A stretch of DNA of 60,989 nt, counting the filler. It is 6 parts of 6 records of this genome, joined end to end, with 100 filler letters (N's around TTAATTAATTAA, not from the genome) between each part and the next. Parts side by side here need not be neighbours in the genome. Positions count along the whole stretch, not along the records: positions 1 to 19,300 come from SRR31156797_18424; positions 19,401 to 34,722 come from SRR31156797_18439; 4 more parts are not named here. One strand, 5' to 3'. The notes below the pieces were generated by a model, which was not told the origin of the DNA, ran no database searches, and was given only the letters and a program-made list of their open reading frames with translations. Both the position numbers and the translations under genes were made by a program. Shown one piece after another: positions 10,950 to 21,248 of the stretch (within the stretch, counting starts at the first letter, position 1; each line of letters starts with the position of its first letter).

Positions 10950-11032
10950 TCCTAATTTCCTGTTTTTTCTTTAAAAAAAACATCTCCCCAAGAGTATAAA
11001 CTCTGAAGCGTCCACAAATGGACATTTTTGAA

Positions 11033-11146
11033 TGGTACAAAACGTATCACTCTCAATCCTCTTTCATCCTGACCTTTGAAATCAGCGGTTTTACACCCCG
11101 ATTTTCCCCAGTGGAACATTTTGTACCACCGAAACGAAATGTACCG
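11033..11146. promoter_or_regulatory. Three 17-bp palindromic enhancer-like sites for a sigma54 activator
   Basis: TGGTACAAAACGTATCA (11033-11049), TGGAACATTTTGTACCA (11112-11128) and CGAAACGAAATGTACCG (11130-11146), 160-270 bp upstream of a -24/-12 promoter. Confidence 0.6.
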
Positions 11147-11304
11147 ATTCAAATAAAAAGATTGAGTTAACTCTCAATAATTCCCCTCGTATTTCAGCCT
11201 GAAGATCAAAGCACCTTCTCGCTTCTTTGAAATAAATCTTTCTATTTCAAAGGCTAAAGCGTCAAGAGCACCATTATCCTCTTTATATCAATACGCCTAT
11301 GCAA

Positions 11305-11320
11305 TGGCACACCATTTGCT
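11305..11320 (+). promoter_or_regulatory. Sigma54 (-24/-12) promoter
   Basis: TGGCAC-ACCAT-TTGCT matches the TGGCAC-N5-TTGC consensus exactly, about 70 bp upstream of the kinase start. Confidence 0.85.
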
Positions 11321-11389
11321 TTTTACAAGGTGAGATTCATTGATCTCGTTGAAAAACAAGGAACTTCTCGAAAGACACTGGAACTGACC

Positions 11390-13096
11390 ATGCACCCTGA
11401 AAAAAAAGTTTCGTACGACAAGCTATCCCGCAACATCGCGCTGACCATCATCGCGGTTTCGCTCGCTCCGTTGATTCTTGTAGGTGGCCTGATTTTTGAC
11501 CAGTTCCGTTCCATATATCATGAAAAAGTTTACGCGCACCTTGCCGAGCTTGTGGACAAGCATAAGCATGAGATCGACAGTTTCCTCAAGGAGAAGCTCT
11601 CGGAAATCCAATACCTCAACAAGGTTTTTACCTACGAACAACTCTCTGACCCTGTATTCATCGAACAAACACTGAAGGGCTTACGCCAACAATATGGTCG
11701 CATTTTCGTGGACCTCGGCGTCATCGACGAAAACGGCAAGCAGGTGGCCTACGCAGGGCCGCTCGAATTACTCGGAGCAGACTATTCACAAGCACAGTGG
11801 TACAAGAAGTCCCGAAACAAGACCACGTACATCAGTGACGTGTTCATGGGACTCCGCCAATCGCCTCACTTTATCATCACCATCAACAACATGGATACAA
11901 GGCAATGGACACTTCGTGCATCCATCGACTTCCTGGCCTTCAGTTCCATCGTGGAAAACATCCGCATAGGTGAAACCGGGTGCGCTTACATACTCAACCG
12001 TGAAGGCGTGTTCCAAACGACACCACTCAACAACCAGAAACTTGCACTGAACCCAATCCAGTCTACCATTATCCCTGCGAGCGTTCGAGGGGTCACCATC
12101 CGCAAGGCCCTTACCGAGAACGACGACACGTTTATTACGGTTTCCTCGCCCATGAAAAATGGGGAATGGCTGATGGTGTATCAACAAAAATACACGGACG
12201 CCTTTTCTGCCATGACGCGAAGCGAAATGGTCACACTCATCATCTTCCTGTTGGGCGGTGTTGCAATTGTTGTCACCGCAGTGGTCATATCCCGCAAGAT
12301 CGTAGTCAGACTCAAGTCCATGGATGTGGAATCTGAACTAATGAGCAAGCAGATTGTGGAAACAGGCAAACTGGCAGCTATCGGAGAGCTTGCAGCGGGA
12401 ATTGCTCATGAAATCAACAACCCCGTGGCTATCATGATCGAGGAAGCGGGCTGGGTCAGCGATCTACTTGAGGATGAAAAGGCCCAGATAAAGGCTTCGA
12501 CCGAAATTGACCGCGCTCTGCATCAGGTCCGCACTCAGGGCCAGCGTTGTAAGGACATTACTCACAAGCTCCTCAGTTTCGCCCGACAGACGGACTCACG
12601 TGCAACAGAAATTTCTCTGCCTGAACTGGTTGAAGAAGTAGTGGATATATCCATGCAACAGGCCAAATATGCCAAGGTGGACTTTTCACTGGACCTCGAC
12701 ACGGCTCTGCCGAGTATCAACGCTTCAACCACTGAATTGCAGCAGGTACTCCTCAATCTCGTAAACAACTCCATTCAGGCCATGGAGCCTGTCGGGGGAG
12801 TCCTATCCGTCACGTGCGGGACCGAGGATGGGCAAATTCTCATCTCAGTAGCCGACACCGGCCCCGGTATCCCGGCCGCCAACCTGAGCAGAATATTCGA
12901 TCCGTTTTTTACCACCAAGCCTGTAGGCAAAGGCAGCGGACTTGGCCTGTCCATATGTTTCGGAATCATCCACCAGATGGGTGGAGAAATAGATGTTGAA
13001 AGTACCGTGGGGAAAGGAACCAGATTTAATATCCGGCTCCCTATTCCTCCTCACCACACCAATCAGGAAACACCAAAGGAGATGCTCCATGACTGA
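11390..13096 (+). CDS. Sensor histidine kinase with a Cache-type extracytoplasmic domain
   Basis: Two TM segments, YAGP..L...DYS...WY Cache-like motif, AHEINNP, GSGLGL. Confidence 0.92.
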   Translation: MHPEKKVSYDKLSRNIALTIIAVSLAPLILVGGLIFDQFRSIYHEKVYAHLAELVDKHKHEIDSFLKEKLSEIQYLNKVFTYEQLSDPVFIEQTLKGLRQQYGRIFVDLGVIDENGKQVAYAGPLELLGADYSQAQWYKKSRNKTTYISDVFMGLRQSPHFIITINNMDTRQWTLRASIDFLAFSSIVENIRIGETGCAYILNREGVFQTTPLNNQKLALNPIQSTIIPASVRGVTIRKALTENDDTFITVSSPMKNGEWLMVYQQKYTDAFSAMTRSEMVTLIIFLLGGVAIVVTAVVISRKIVVRLKSMDVESELMSKQIVETGKLAAIGELAAGIAHEINNPVAIMIEEAGWVSDLLEDEKAQIKASTEIDRALHQVRTQGQRCKDITHKLLSFARQTDSRATEISLPELVEEVVDISMQQAKYAKVDFSLDLDTALPSINASTTELQQVLLNLVNNSIQAMEPVGGVLSVTCGTEDGQILISVADTGPGIPAANLSRIFDPFFTTKPVGKGSGLGLSICFGIIHQMGGEIDVESTVGKGTRFNIRLPIPPHHTNQETPKEMLHD

Positions 13097-13520
13097 TGCC
13101 ACCGTATTGATAGTGGATGATGAAGTGGGCTTCGTGGAAGCGGTTGCCAAGCGACTCGGTAAGCGAAACATGTCTGTCTTCAAGGCGTTCAACGGCGACG
13201 AAGCTATGACTCGGCTTGCAGAAAATCCGGGTATTCAAGTCGTTATTCTGGACATGAAGATGCCCATCAAGGACGGCCTGACTGTTTTGCAGGAAATCAA
13301 GGAAGCGCACTCACTGGTCGAAGTCATCATGTTGACTGGCCATGCAACAGTCCCCACGGCCATCGAAGGGATTCAGCACGGGGCGTACGACTATCTGATG
13401 AAGCCCTGCGACTTCGGAGAATTGACCGCCAAGATTCTCGAAGCCGTTGCGTTGAAGCAGGACCACGAGGCCGAGGCAGTGGATGCCCGTGTCTCGGACA
13501 TCGCCCAGCGCATGGCGTAG
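13089..13520 (+). CDS. Stand-alone response regulator (REC)
   Basis: IVDDE, DMKMP, MLTGHA, YLMKP. Confidence 0.9.
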   Translation: MTDATVLIVDDEVGFVEAVAKRLGKRNMSVFKAFNGDEAMTRLAENPGIQVVILDMKMPIKDGLTVLQEIKEAHSLVEVIMLTGHATVPTAIEGIQHGAYDYLMKPCDFGELTAKILEAVALKQDHEAEAVDARVSDIAQRMA

Positions 13521-13541
13521 AGGGAAAAGGCGGAGCGGACC

Positions 13542-13928
13542 ATGACAGGCACCAAAGAAATCAGATTGCTCATCGTGGATGATGAAACCGGTTTTGCAGA
13601 CGTACTCTGCAAGCGCATGGAGCGGCGTGGCGTTAATGCCTGCACTGCTTCCAGCGGCGAGGAGGCTATCCAGATTCTCCGAAACCATGATTTCGATGTC
13701 GCCATAGTGGACCTCAAGCTCGAAGGCATGGACGGAGTCGAAATCCTGAAAGTCTTCAAGCTGCTGATACCGCAAATGCCGGTTATCATGTTGACCGGTC
13801 ATGGATGTGAAGTGGCTAGAGCGGCCTGTATTAAAAACGGTGCCGCCGGATATCTGTCGAAACCATTCGATTTCAACGCGCTGCTGGACATGATTTCCCA
13901 GCAGGTTGGCCTGGAGAGAGCGTCATGA
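13542..13928 (+). CDS. Stand-alone response regulator (REC)
   Basis: IVDDE, VDLKL, MLTGHG, YLSKP. Confidence 0.9.
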   Translation: MTGTKEIRLLIVDDETGFADVLCKRMERRGVNACTASSGEEAIQILRNHDFDVAIVDLKLEGMDGVEILKVFKLLIPQMPVIMLTGHGCEVARAACIKNGAAGYLSKPFDFNALLDMISQQVGLERAS

Positions 13929-14296
13929 AACGAATCAGGATTCTGCTGGTCGATGACGAGGTCGATTTCAGCGCACCCCTTGGCAAACGACTGGCGCGGC
14001 GTGGCATGGACGTCCACACCGCCGCCAGCGGTCAAGATGCGCTGACCGAACTCGACAACCGTCCAACGGACGTCATCCTGCTTGATATCAAGATGGCAGG
14101 CATGGACGGACTCAGGACCCTGAGCGAAATCAAACGGACTCATCCCAAGGTGGCGGTAATCATGCTCACCGCCCATGCAGACACGGATATGGTCCTCGCA
14201 AGCATGGGGCTTGGAGCCTGCGGATACCTGATGAAGCCGGTAAATATTGACGAATTGGTTGACAAAGTGCGTGAAGCAAGCAGAAATGATAAGTGA
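13925..14296 (+). CDS. Stand-alone response regulator (REC)
   Basis: LVDDE, LDIKM, MLTAHA, YLMKP. Confidence 0.9.
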   Translation: MKRIRILLVDDEVDFSAPLGKRLARRGMDVHTAASGQDALTELDNRPTDVILLDIKMAGMDGLRTLSEIKRTHPKVAVIMLTAHADTDMVLASMGLGACGYLMKPVNIDELVDKVREASRNDK

Positions 14297-14365
14297 ATCA
14301 GGATTCCTATACCTTAATACGTTGGAATCCAGACGATACAACACCTAAAGGAAGTGAGGATACAC

Positions 14366-15643
14366 ATGAGATTTTTCAGTCAGTGGGGGAAGTTCATGCT
14401 CGCCGGGGCTGGCGCCATGGCAGAGTGGGAAATCGCCAACGCCAAGTCCATCGTGAGCAGTCGAAAGAAACTCATGATTATTGGCTTGATGATCATTCCC
14501 ATCATTCTTGGCGGCATTGCCTTTGCCGATGATATCGGACCGTTGTTGCCCGATCTACTCGGGGGAAAGAAAGCATACAGTCCGGCATTTTACAGTCTGG
14601 GTATTTTTCTGGTGTCCATTGCCATCGGCGTGGGGGCAGGCTTGATCACCGGATGTATCGGTGCGGGTGGCGGATTCATTATCGCCCCGGCACTGATGTC
14701 CGCAGGTATCAAGGGTATTTTGGCCGTCGGTACAGACCTTTTCCATATTTTTGCCAAGGCGATCATGGGCAGTGTCATTCACCGCAAACTGGGTAATGTC
14801 TCTGTCCCGCTGGCTGCAGTGTTCCTCATAGGAGCTGTTCTCGGAGCCACGGCCGGCGGTGTCATAAACCGCGTATTGTATGAAATAAATCCGGTTTTAA
14901 GTGACGCGTTCATTACCACGATTTACTCCATCATGCTCGGTTTCCTCGGCATCTATGCCCTGACCGACTTCCTACGCTCCCGCAAGGCCGATAATGGCGG
15001 CGGCGCGCATGGCGGCGAAGAAGGTGTAGAGCTTGGTGCCATGTCCAAATCCCTTCAGGACGTCAAGTTCCCGCCCATGATTAAATTCGACCAAGACCTC
15101 ATCCCTGGTGGTCGCCAGATTTCATGGGTCTTCCTAGTCCTGTCCGGCGCTCTCGTTGGCCTGGCCGCAGGTATCATGGGTGTTGGCGGCGGATTTCTGA
15201 CCTTCCCGATCTTCGTCTATGTTCTGGGCGTATCGTCCATGACAACAGTCGGTACCGACATCTTCCAGATCGTATTCACTGCCGGTTTCGCATCGGTCAG
15301 CCAATACGCCATTTACGGTTTCATCTTCTACACCTTGGCCATGGGCATGCTCATCGGCTCCCTCCTCGGCATCCAGATCGGTGCTCTGGTCACCAAGGTC
15401 GTTCCCGGCATCACCATTCGCGGCTTTTACGCAATGGCAGTTCTGGCCGGTTTCATGAACCGTATTTTCGCCCTACCGGGCAAACTCGGAGAGATGGGCA
15501 TCATTCCCATTTCACCTGGATTTGGAGCGATACTCAACGACATCGGTATCTGGGCGTTTTTCATCGTCATCGGTGGATTCTCCGTCTGGGTCATCGGAAC
15601 GTTCCTCAAGAACATCTCGTCGCTCAAGAGAAAGGAGTCATAA
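14366..15643 (+). CDS. TauE/SafE-family (sulfite exporter-like) membrane transporter
   Basis: Duplicated GCIGAGGGF / GIMGVGGGF motifs and AVGTDLF / TVGTDIF. Confidence 0.88.
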   Translation: MRFFSQWGKFMLAGAGAMAEWEIANAKSIVSSRKKLMIIGLMIIPIILGGIAFADDIGPLLPDLLGGKKAYSPAFYSLGIFLVSIAIGVGAGLITGCIGAGGGFIIAPALMSAGIKGILAVGTDLFHIFAKAIMGSVIHRKLGNVSVPLAAVFLIGAVLGATAGGVINRVLYEINPVLSDAFITTIYSIMLGFLGIYALTDFLRSRKADNGGGAHGGEEGVELGAMSKSLQDVKFPPMIKFDQDLIPGGRQISWVFLVLSGALVGLAAGIMGVGGGFLTFPIFVYVLGVSSMTTVGTDIFQIVFTAGFASVSQYAIYGFIFYTLAMGMLIGSLLGIQIGALVTKVVPGITIRGFYAMAVLAGFMNRIFALPGKLGEMGIIPISPGFGAILNDIGIWAFFIVIGGFSVWVIGTFLKNISSLKRKES

Positions 15644-15644
15644 A

Positions 15645-16331
15645 ATGATTCATAACAAAAAAGAATTCTATGGAGGCGCGGGCCTTTTAGTCGCCTTCTT
15701 CGTTGTCCTGTTCTTCATGTTTCAACCATTATTCAATGGTCACAATGCCATGGAATATCTGGACAACCTCTACAACTCGATCTCAAAAGGATCTGTGGAA
15801 TACGCTCCGGCTCTCATGGAAGAGTCCAGCAAATATGCATCCATGGATGTTGATCTGACGCTGAACTATGACAGCGAAATCGAAGCAAGTCAGGCGACGG
15901 CCTTGTTTTTAACAGCTGGCGCCAAAGCAGTTCCACAAGGGAAAACCCTCCATGTCAAAGGCTCGCTAGGAAGCATTCTGAGCGCAACCCTCACGGATTG
16001 CGACGCCATGTATCACAATAAGGGTGACGCCTTGCAAGCAAAGTACAATCTGGAACCTCGGCGAACTATGTTCAACTGGTGGACCAGCTTAAAACTCATG
16101 GACAAGGAGCTCAAGGGCCAAGGCGAATTTGAAGCAGCCAAGGTCACTAACACCGTAGAAAAAAAAGGAGTGGAAGCCGCATACAACTACTTCAAGATTG
16201 AACCCATGCACATAATGGAAAATCTTGGTTTGGTTATATTCTCACTGGTCTTCTATGTCTTCTATACCCTGTGGTACGGCTTTGCCATTCTCTTCGTATT
16301 TGAAGGATGGGGACTGAGGCTCAGCCACTAA
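15645..16331 (+). CDS. Two-TM membrane protein coupled to the TauE gene
   Basis: N- and C-terminal TM helices; ATG lies 1 nt after the TauE stop. Confidence 0.75.
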   Translation: MIHNKKEFYGGAGLLVAFFVVLFFMFQPLFNGHNAMEYLDNLYNSISKGSVEYAPALMEESSKYASMDVDLTLNYDSEIEASQATALFLTAGAKAVPQGKTLHVKGSLGSILSATLTDCDAMYHNKGDALQAKYNLEPRRTMFNWWTSLKLMDKELKGQGEFEAAKVTNTVEKKGVEAAYNYFKIEPMHIMENLGLVIFSLVFYVFYTLWYGFAILFVFEGWGLRLSH

Positions 16332-16358
16332 TTCATTCATAAGTACATACCCTATGCC

Positions 16359-16404
16359 GCACGGCTCGGCCATTCCCGAGAGGTCGGGCCGTGCACCCTT
16401 TTTT
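16359..16404 (+). terminator. Rho-independent terminator
   Basis: GCACGGCTCGGCC...GGTCGGGCCGTGC stem followed by a T-tract. Confidence 0.7.
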
Positions 16405-16461
16405 ATTCACGGGTGTTTACTCATCACCGATTTCCATATATTTTATATCCATAAAGGAAAT

Positions 16462-17952
16462 ATGATGAACCTCCACAATTACTACGAAACGGTCATGCAG
16501 CTCACCCACGGCATTGTGGTTACGCTGGATATTGAGGGGAGGATCATTCACGGCAACTCGGAGCTTGAATTTCTTTCCGGCTTTACCATGCAGGAGCTGG
16601 CCGGACGGGACTGGTTTGAAACCTTCATCCCGGAAGAGGATCGAGATGCTGCTCGACACGCCATCACTGACAGTTTTCAAGAGCACGACATATCCGCCTT
16701 TGCCGGAGTCATTTCAGCCAGAGACGGTGATACTGTTTACGTCAATTGGAACCTCAAACCTCTCACCGACTCAAATGGAGATATCATCAGCCTGCTCTGC
16801 GTGGGGCAGGACGTCACGAACCTCATCCTACGCGAAAAAGGCCTGTTGCGAGAACGGTACTCTCTGATAGAACGCAACCGGGAACTCGACTGTCTTTATA
16901 AAATCAGCCAAATCATGACGAGCATGGAACCAAAACTCGCCTCCATGCTGGAACAGGTCGTCCATCTTCTGCCTCATGCCTTCAAGGACCCGGCAAGAAC
17001 CCATGTCCGAATCAGTCTGGATGGCGAAATATGGAAAACAGTGGGAGTGTCGGAAGATATTCATTCCTTTGCGGAACCACTGCTCGTCAACGAAGAACAC
17101 CGTGGCATGCTGACGGTATCCGTAGACAACAATGACAAGCATCCATCCCCGGCAATACTCAGACACAAAAAGGGCTTTCTTGTCATGGTGGCAAAACAAG
17201 TCTCCATTCTCATAGGAAAGAAGGAAACCCGTCGAGCAAAACAAGCCCTTGAGAGCCAGCTCCGACAAGCTGACAGATTGGCAAAAATCGGCCAATTTTC
17301 TGCAGGTGTTGCTCATGAAATCAACGAACCGCTGGCAAACATTCTCGGATTTGCTCAATTGGCTCTCCAAACACCAGAGCTGCCTGAACAAGCAACCAAC
17401 GACCTCGGTAATATAGTGGACTCATCCCTGCATGCACGCGAAATCATCCGCAAACTCATGTTTTTCAGCCGCCAGTTCCCACCTCAGAAAATCGCTGTAA
17501 ATCTCAACGAACTGGTGGAACAGGCTCTGCATATTACCTCAGCGAATGCCAAACGCGCCCACGTCGAAGTCCGGTGTGAATTTGACGAGGCCCTCCCCCA
17601 CATCATGGCAGACCCTCAACACATCAAACAGGTCGTCGTCAATCTGGCAGCCAACGCCATTCAAGCTATGCCCGATGGTGGCACCCTGACTGCACGCACG
17701 GTGGATAAGGGCGATGTCTATCTCATTGTAGAAGACACTGGCTCAGGGATGGAACAGGACACACTCAAACAGATATTCAGCCCGTTCTACACCACCAAGG
17801 ATGTAGATAAAGGAACCGGATTGGGACTGTCCGTGGTTCACGGAATCGTCAAGGCCCATAATGGATTCATTCAAGTGAACTCCACTCCCAACAATGGTAC
17901 GCAGGTAGAAATTGCCTTCCCCAGCCAACGCAACACAACGGTATACCCATGA
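16462..17952 (+). CDS. Cytoplasmic PAS sensor histidine kinase
   Basis: N-terminal PAS (GRDWFETF), AHEINEPL, GTGLGL; no TM segment. Confidence 0.9.
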   Translation: MMNLHNYYETVMQLTHGIVVTLDIEGRIIHGNSELEFLSGFTMQELAGRDWFETFIPEEDRDAARHAITDSFQEHDISAFAGVISARDGDTVYVNWNLKPLTDSNGDIISLLCVGQDVTNLILREKGLLRERYSLIERNRELDCLYKISQIMTSMEPKLASMLEQVVHLLPHAFKDPARTHVRISLDGEIWKTVGVSEDIHSFAEPLLVNEEHRGMLTVSVDNNDKHPSPAILRHKKGFLVMVAKQVSILIGKKETRRAKQALESQLRQADRLAKIGQFSAGVAHEINEPLANILGFAQLALQTPELPEQATNDLGNIVDSSLHAREIIRKLMFFSRQFPPQKIAVNLNELVEQALHITSANAKRAHVEVRCEFDEALPHIMADPQHIKQVVVNLAANAIQAMPDGGTLTARTVDKGDVYLIVEDTGSGMEQDTLKQIFSPFYTTKDVDKGTGLGLSVVHGIVKAHNGFIQVNSTPNNGTQVEIAFPSQRNTTVYP

Positions 17953-19283
17953 GTGACCACATCAAAATTCTGGCCGTGGACGACAGTGCCAACACCCTTG
18001 AAGTCCTCAAGCGCAACCTTCAGTCCGGTGGATATGAAGTCTATACATGTCAGGCCGTAGCCGAAGCCCTGCCCTTGCTTGAAGAACTGGACATCGACCT
18101 TGTCATCACAGACTTTCGCATGCCACAGGCAACCGGTCTGGACCTCATCAAACACGTCCGTGACAATCACCAGCACACGGAAATCATGATGATCACTGGC
18201 TACCCCTCCATTCCCGGAGCAGTCAAAGCCATCAAAGACGGTGCCGGAGAATACCTTGCCAAACCTTTCACCGCAGATGAACTCCTTACTGCTGTGCAGC
18301 GCATTGTGGATCGCCTGCTCAGACGTCGCATCCTGAGTACAGGCGACACGCCGCCAGACAATTTCGGAATCATCGGCGATTCCCCAGAAATGAAACGGGT
18401 CTTCCGCCGCATAGAACAGGCCGCCAAAAGTGATGCCAACGTCCTCATTTCCGGCAATTCCGGCACGGGTAAAGAACTTGTGGCCCGCGCTGTTCATTAC
18501 AACAGCGACCGGCGTTCCGCCCCGTTCGTCCCGGTCAACTGTACCGCAATCCCGGAAGGTCTTGTAGAATCCGAGCTCTTTGGGCACGTCAAGGGTGCCT
18601 TCACTGGTGCCAAAAATGGTCGGGCCGGTTTTTTTGAAATAGCGCACGGAGGTTCCATTTTTCTTGATGAAATAGGTGACGCCAGCCCAAACATGCAGGC
18701 GAAAATACTGCGGGTTATTCAATCAAAGGAATTCTGTAAAGTCGGCTCCAGCAAGGTGCTCACCGCAGACACCCGTATTCTGGCCGCGACCCATGAAAAC
18801 CTCAAACAACTGGTAGAGGAAGGCAGCTTCCGTGAAGACCTCTATTATCGCATAAACATCGTGGATATCCCGGTTCCCACTTTGCGGGAACGCGGTGACG
18901 ACATGCTCGCGCTCATCAACCATTTCCTGAACAAGTTTTCAAAGACCATGCGACGTACTGCGCCCGTCTTGAGCGACGAAGCCCTCAACGCCCTCCGCAA
19001 CCATCCATGGCCCGGCAATGTCCGTGAAATGGAAAATCTCATCCACCGTCTGGTCGTCATTGTGGATCGAGACGTGATCGAAGTCGCAGATCTCCCGGAA
19101 GACATGCGGTTCAGTTTGCCAGCAGGCGGACGCGTTGACCGCTCTCTTGATGAAGTCGAAGCCGAGCACATTCTCAACGTGTTGGCCATGACCGGCGACA
19201 ACAAGACCCGAGCCGCAGAAATCCTCGGAATCAACCGAAAGACCCTGCGCGAAAAACTCAAACGAATGGACGCCCAAAAATAG
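17949..19283 (+). CDS. Sigma54-dependent response regulator (NtrC family)
   Basis: REC domain, GNSGTGKE, ESELFGHVKGAFTGA, WPGNVRE, Fis-type HTH NKTRAAEILGI. Confidence 0.95.
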   Translation: MSDHIKILAVDDSANTLEVLKRNLQSGGYEVYTCQAVAEALPLLEELDIDLVITDFRMPQATGLDLIKHVRDNHQHTEIMMITGYPSIPGAVKAIKDGAGEYLAKPFTADELLTAVQRIVDRLLRRRILSTGDTPPDNFGIIGDSPEMKRVFRRIEQAAKSDANVLISGNSGTGKELVARAVHYNSDRRSAPFVPVNCTAIPEGLVESELFGHVKGAFTGAKNGRAGFFEIAHGGSIFLDEIGDASPNMQAKILRVIQSKEFCKVGSSKVLTADTRILAATHENLKQLVEEGSFREDLYYRINIVDIPVPTLRERGDDMLALINHFLNKFSKTMRRTAPVLSDEALNALRNHPWPGNVREMENLIHRLVVIVDRDVIEVADLPEDMRFSLPAGGRVDRSLDEVEAEHILNVLAMTGDNKTRAAEILGINRKTLREKLKRMDAQK

Positions 19284-19300
19284 AAAGATGCCTCCGGCGG

Positions 19301-19400
19301 NNNNNNNNNNNNNNNNNNNNNNNNNNNNNNNNNNNNNNNNNNNNTTAATTAATTAANNNNNNNNNNNNNNNNNNNNNNNNNNNNNNNNNNNNNNNNNNNN
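19301..19400. other. Artificial contig spacer
   Basis: N-run, TTAATTAATTAA (stops in all six frames), N-run. Confidence 0.99.
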
Positions 19401-19773
19401 GTGAAATAATATCAGGTGTCTGCTCTATACTGGATTGCTTCAGGCGTATTACCTCACTGACAGAGTCAACTACCAGGCCAACGATGGTACCCTCAACATC
19501 GACAACAACGATACGGGACTCATCAGTCATTTCCTGTTCCTGCATTCCGAATCGCTTGTCCAGGTCCATGACAACTATGATCTTTCCTCTCAGATTGACT
19601 ACTCCTTTTACATACTCGGGAGCCCTTGGAATCCTTGTTATTTCAGGCATACGGATAATTTCCTGTACCTGCATGATATTAATACCGAACTCTTCAACAC
19701 CAAGACTGAATATCACAAGCTGTTGAAGGTCATCATCAATGTTATCTGCGTAACTCTCATTCTCGTTAGACAT
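19401..19773 (-). CDS. cheW: Chemotaxis adaptor CheW, 3'-truncated
   Basis: QLVIFSLGVEEFGINI..VQEI, GVVNLRGKII, GLVVDSVSEV. Confidence 0.93.
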
Positions 19774-20011
19774 ATTTTGACCTCAATAAAGTGAATTGCA
19801 CTAGCACATTACAATTCATAAGTTATTATTTAATATATTATTATATTCAAGTTAGTATATATAACTTCTCTTAGATGCCTGCGTGAATTAAGAAGATATC
19901 TAATTAGTTCAACATTCTCTACCAGTTTATAGTATCATTGAAGTTAGGATGAGGGTAGGGTTTCTACAAAAATAATGACCAAATAAATCAATAAAAAGCA
20001 AGACTGGTTGA

Positions 20012-20653
20012 TCAGACCAGTCCCAATGTATCGGTTATTTTTAATATAATATTACCGATACTGAACTTTACTTTGTTTCCAAAACCCACAGGTTCGATTT
20101 CAATGGCATTGCTGTTGTATGCATCGAGGAAATCATCAGCAGGTGTTGGTGATACAAGCAGTCCTCTCAAAGTTTCTTCATCTGTATTCAGCAATATTGT
20201 AGGATTTACTTCTGAACTCAAACCCACTGAAGACTGGAGAATTAATCTTGCGTCCATGCCTGTTACAGAACCACTGGCATCAACGTCAAGTGCAAGATCC
20301 TCAGGGATCTTTCCCACAGACATCTTTATGGCTGAAAGTGCATCCAAAGCAGTTAATTCACCATCTGAATTGTAATCACCTTTTCCTTCATCTATTTCAA
20401 TAGAAACTTTAGTAAACTCAACAACCACAGCATTGGAAGTCACAGTTTTGATTTCAAGTGTGCTCCCATCCTCCATCTCAATTATGCTGTAGATTTCTTC
20501 ATTGCCTAAAATATCCTTTACTATATCAGGAACTGAATCAACATTGGCATTGTATATGCTGACCTTCTGACCCATATCATAATACAGATCAGCCTGTGCA
20601 GGAGTTGCAAGTACTATCAGTAGAAAAAATGAAAGTGCAATGATTGTTTTCAT
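20012..20653 (-). CDS. Secreted protein with an internal dockerin domain
   Basis: Signal peptide MKTIIALSFF...AQA; duplicated Ca-binding loops GDYNSDGELTALDAL and DVDASGSVTGMDARLIL; GGAGTG RBS. Confidence 0.82.
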   Translation of the reverse strand: MKTIIALSFFLLIVLATPAQADLYYDMGQKVSIYNANVDSVPDIVKDILGNEEIYSIIEMEDGSTLEIKTVTSNAVVVEFTKVSIEIDEGKGDYNSDGELTALDALSAIKMSVGKIPEDLALDVDASGSVTGMDARLILQSSVGLSSEVNPTILLNTDEETLRGLLVSPTPADDFLDAYNSNAIEIEPVGFGNKVKFSIGNIILKITDTLGLV

Positions 20654-20676
20654 TATATAGCACTCCTGGTTTACAA

Positions 20677-21234
20677 TCAATTCTTTCTCTTCATGAAAAG
20701 AGCACAAAGACAAATGATAGCTGTGCTTGCCAACACCATACCACCATATCCGGCGCTTTCTGAATCAGATACAGCATCTGTAACTGTTACGACACCATTT
20801 TCAGTCTCGGTAACAACTTCTACAAGTTCAACGGTGTGAAGCTCAACACTGTCAATACCAACAGTAGTTGATGAACCAACATCTTCAAGAACTGTGAATG
20901 CTACTGATACAACTTCACCATCACCGGAAATACCAGAAGAATCAGCCATTGCTACAGTTATTTTTCCCGGAGTTGCCACATTGGATTCGATGAATGCATT
21001 ACTGCCAAGATCTGAAGTTGAAACACCTGTAGCCTGAAGGACACTGCTGTCATAGTCCAGGACAAGGTCCATACTTCCAACATTTTCTGCACCCTTAAAA
21101 TAAACATCTACTTCAACAATACCGCCGCTTGGTGCTTCCACATCAACAGTGGAAACCGTTACCGGAACAACAGCTGCAGAAGCTGTTGTGATCATACAAA
21201 TAAATAATACCATTAACATCAATATTCTTTTCAT
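20677..21234 (-). CDS. Membrane-anchored single-cohesin protein
   Basis: Signal peptide; cohesin pattern GGIVEVDVYF..AENVGSMDLVLDYDSSVL...GISGDGEVVSVAFTV; C-terminal TM helix and basic tail KRKN. Confidence 0.82.
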   Translation of the reverse strand: MKRILMLMVLFICMITTASAAVVPVTVSTVDVEAPSGGIVEVDVYFKGAENVGSMDLVLDYDSSVLQATGVSTSDLGSNAFIESNVATPGKITVAMADSSGISGDGEVVSVAFTVLEDVGSSTTVGIDSVELHTVELVEVVTETENGVVTVTDAVSDSESAGYGGMVLASTAIICLCALFMKRKN

Positions 21235-21248
21235 TATATCACTTCTCA

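Noticed and set aside
19284-19300. ATGCCTCCGGCGG at the contig end, possibly the start of a Desulfovibrionaceae intergenic repeat
   Set aside because: Only about 13 informative bases are visible and there is no second copy in the window.
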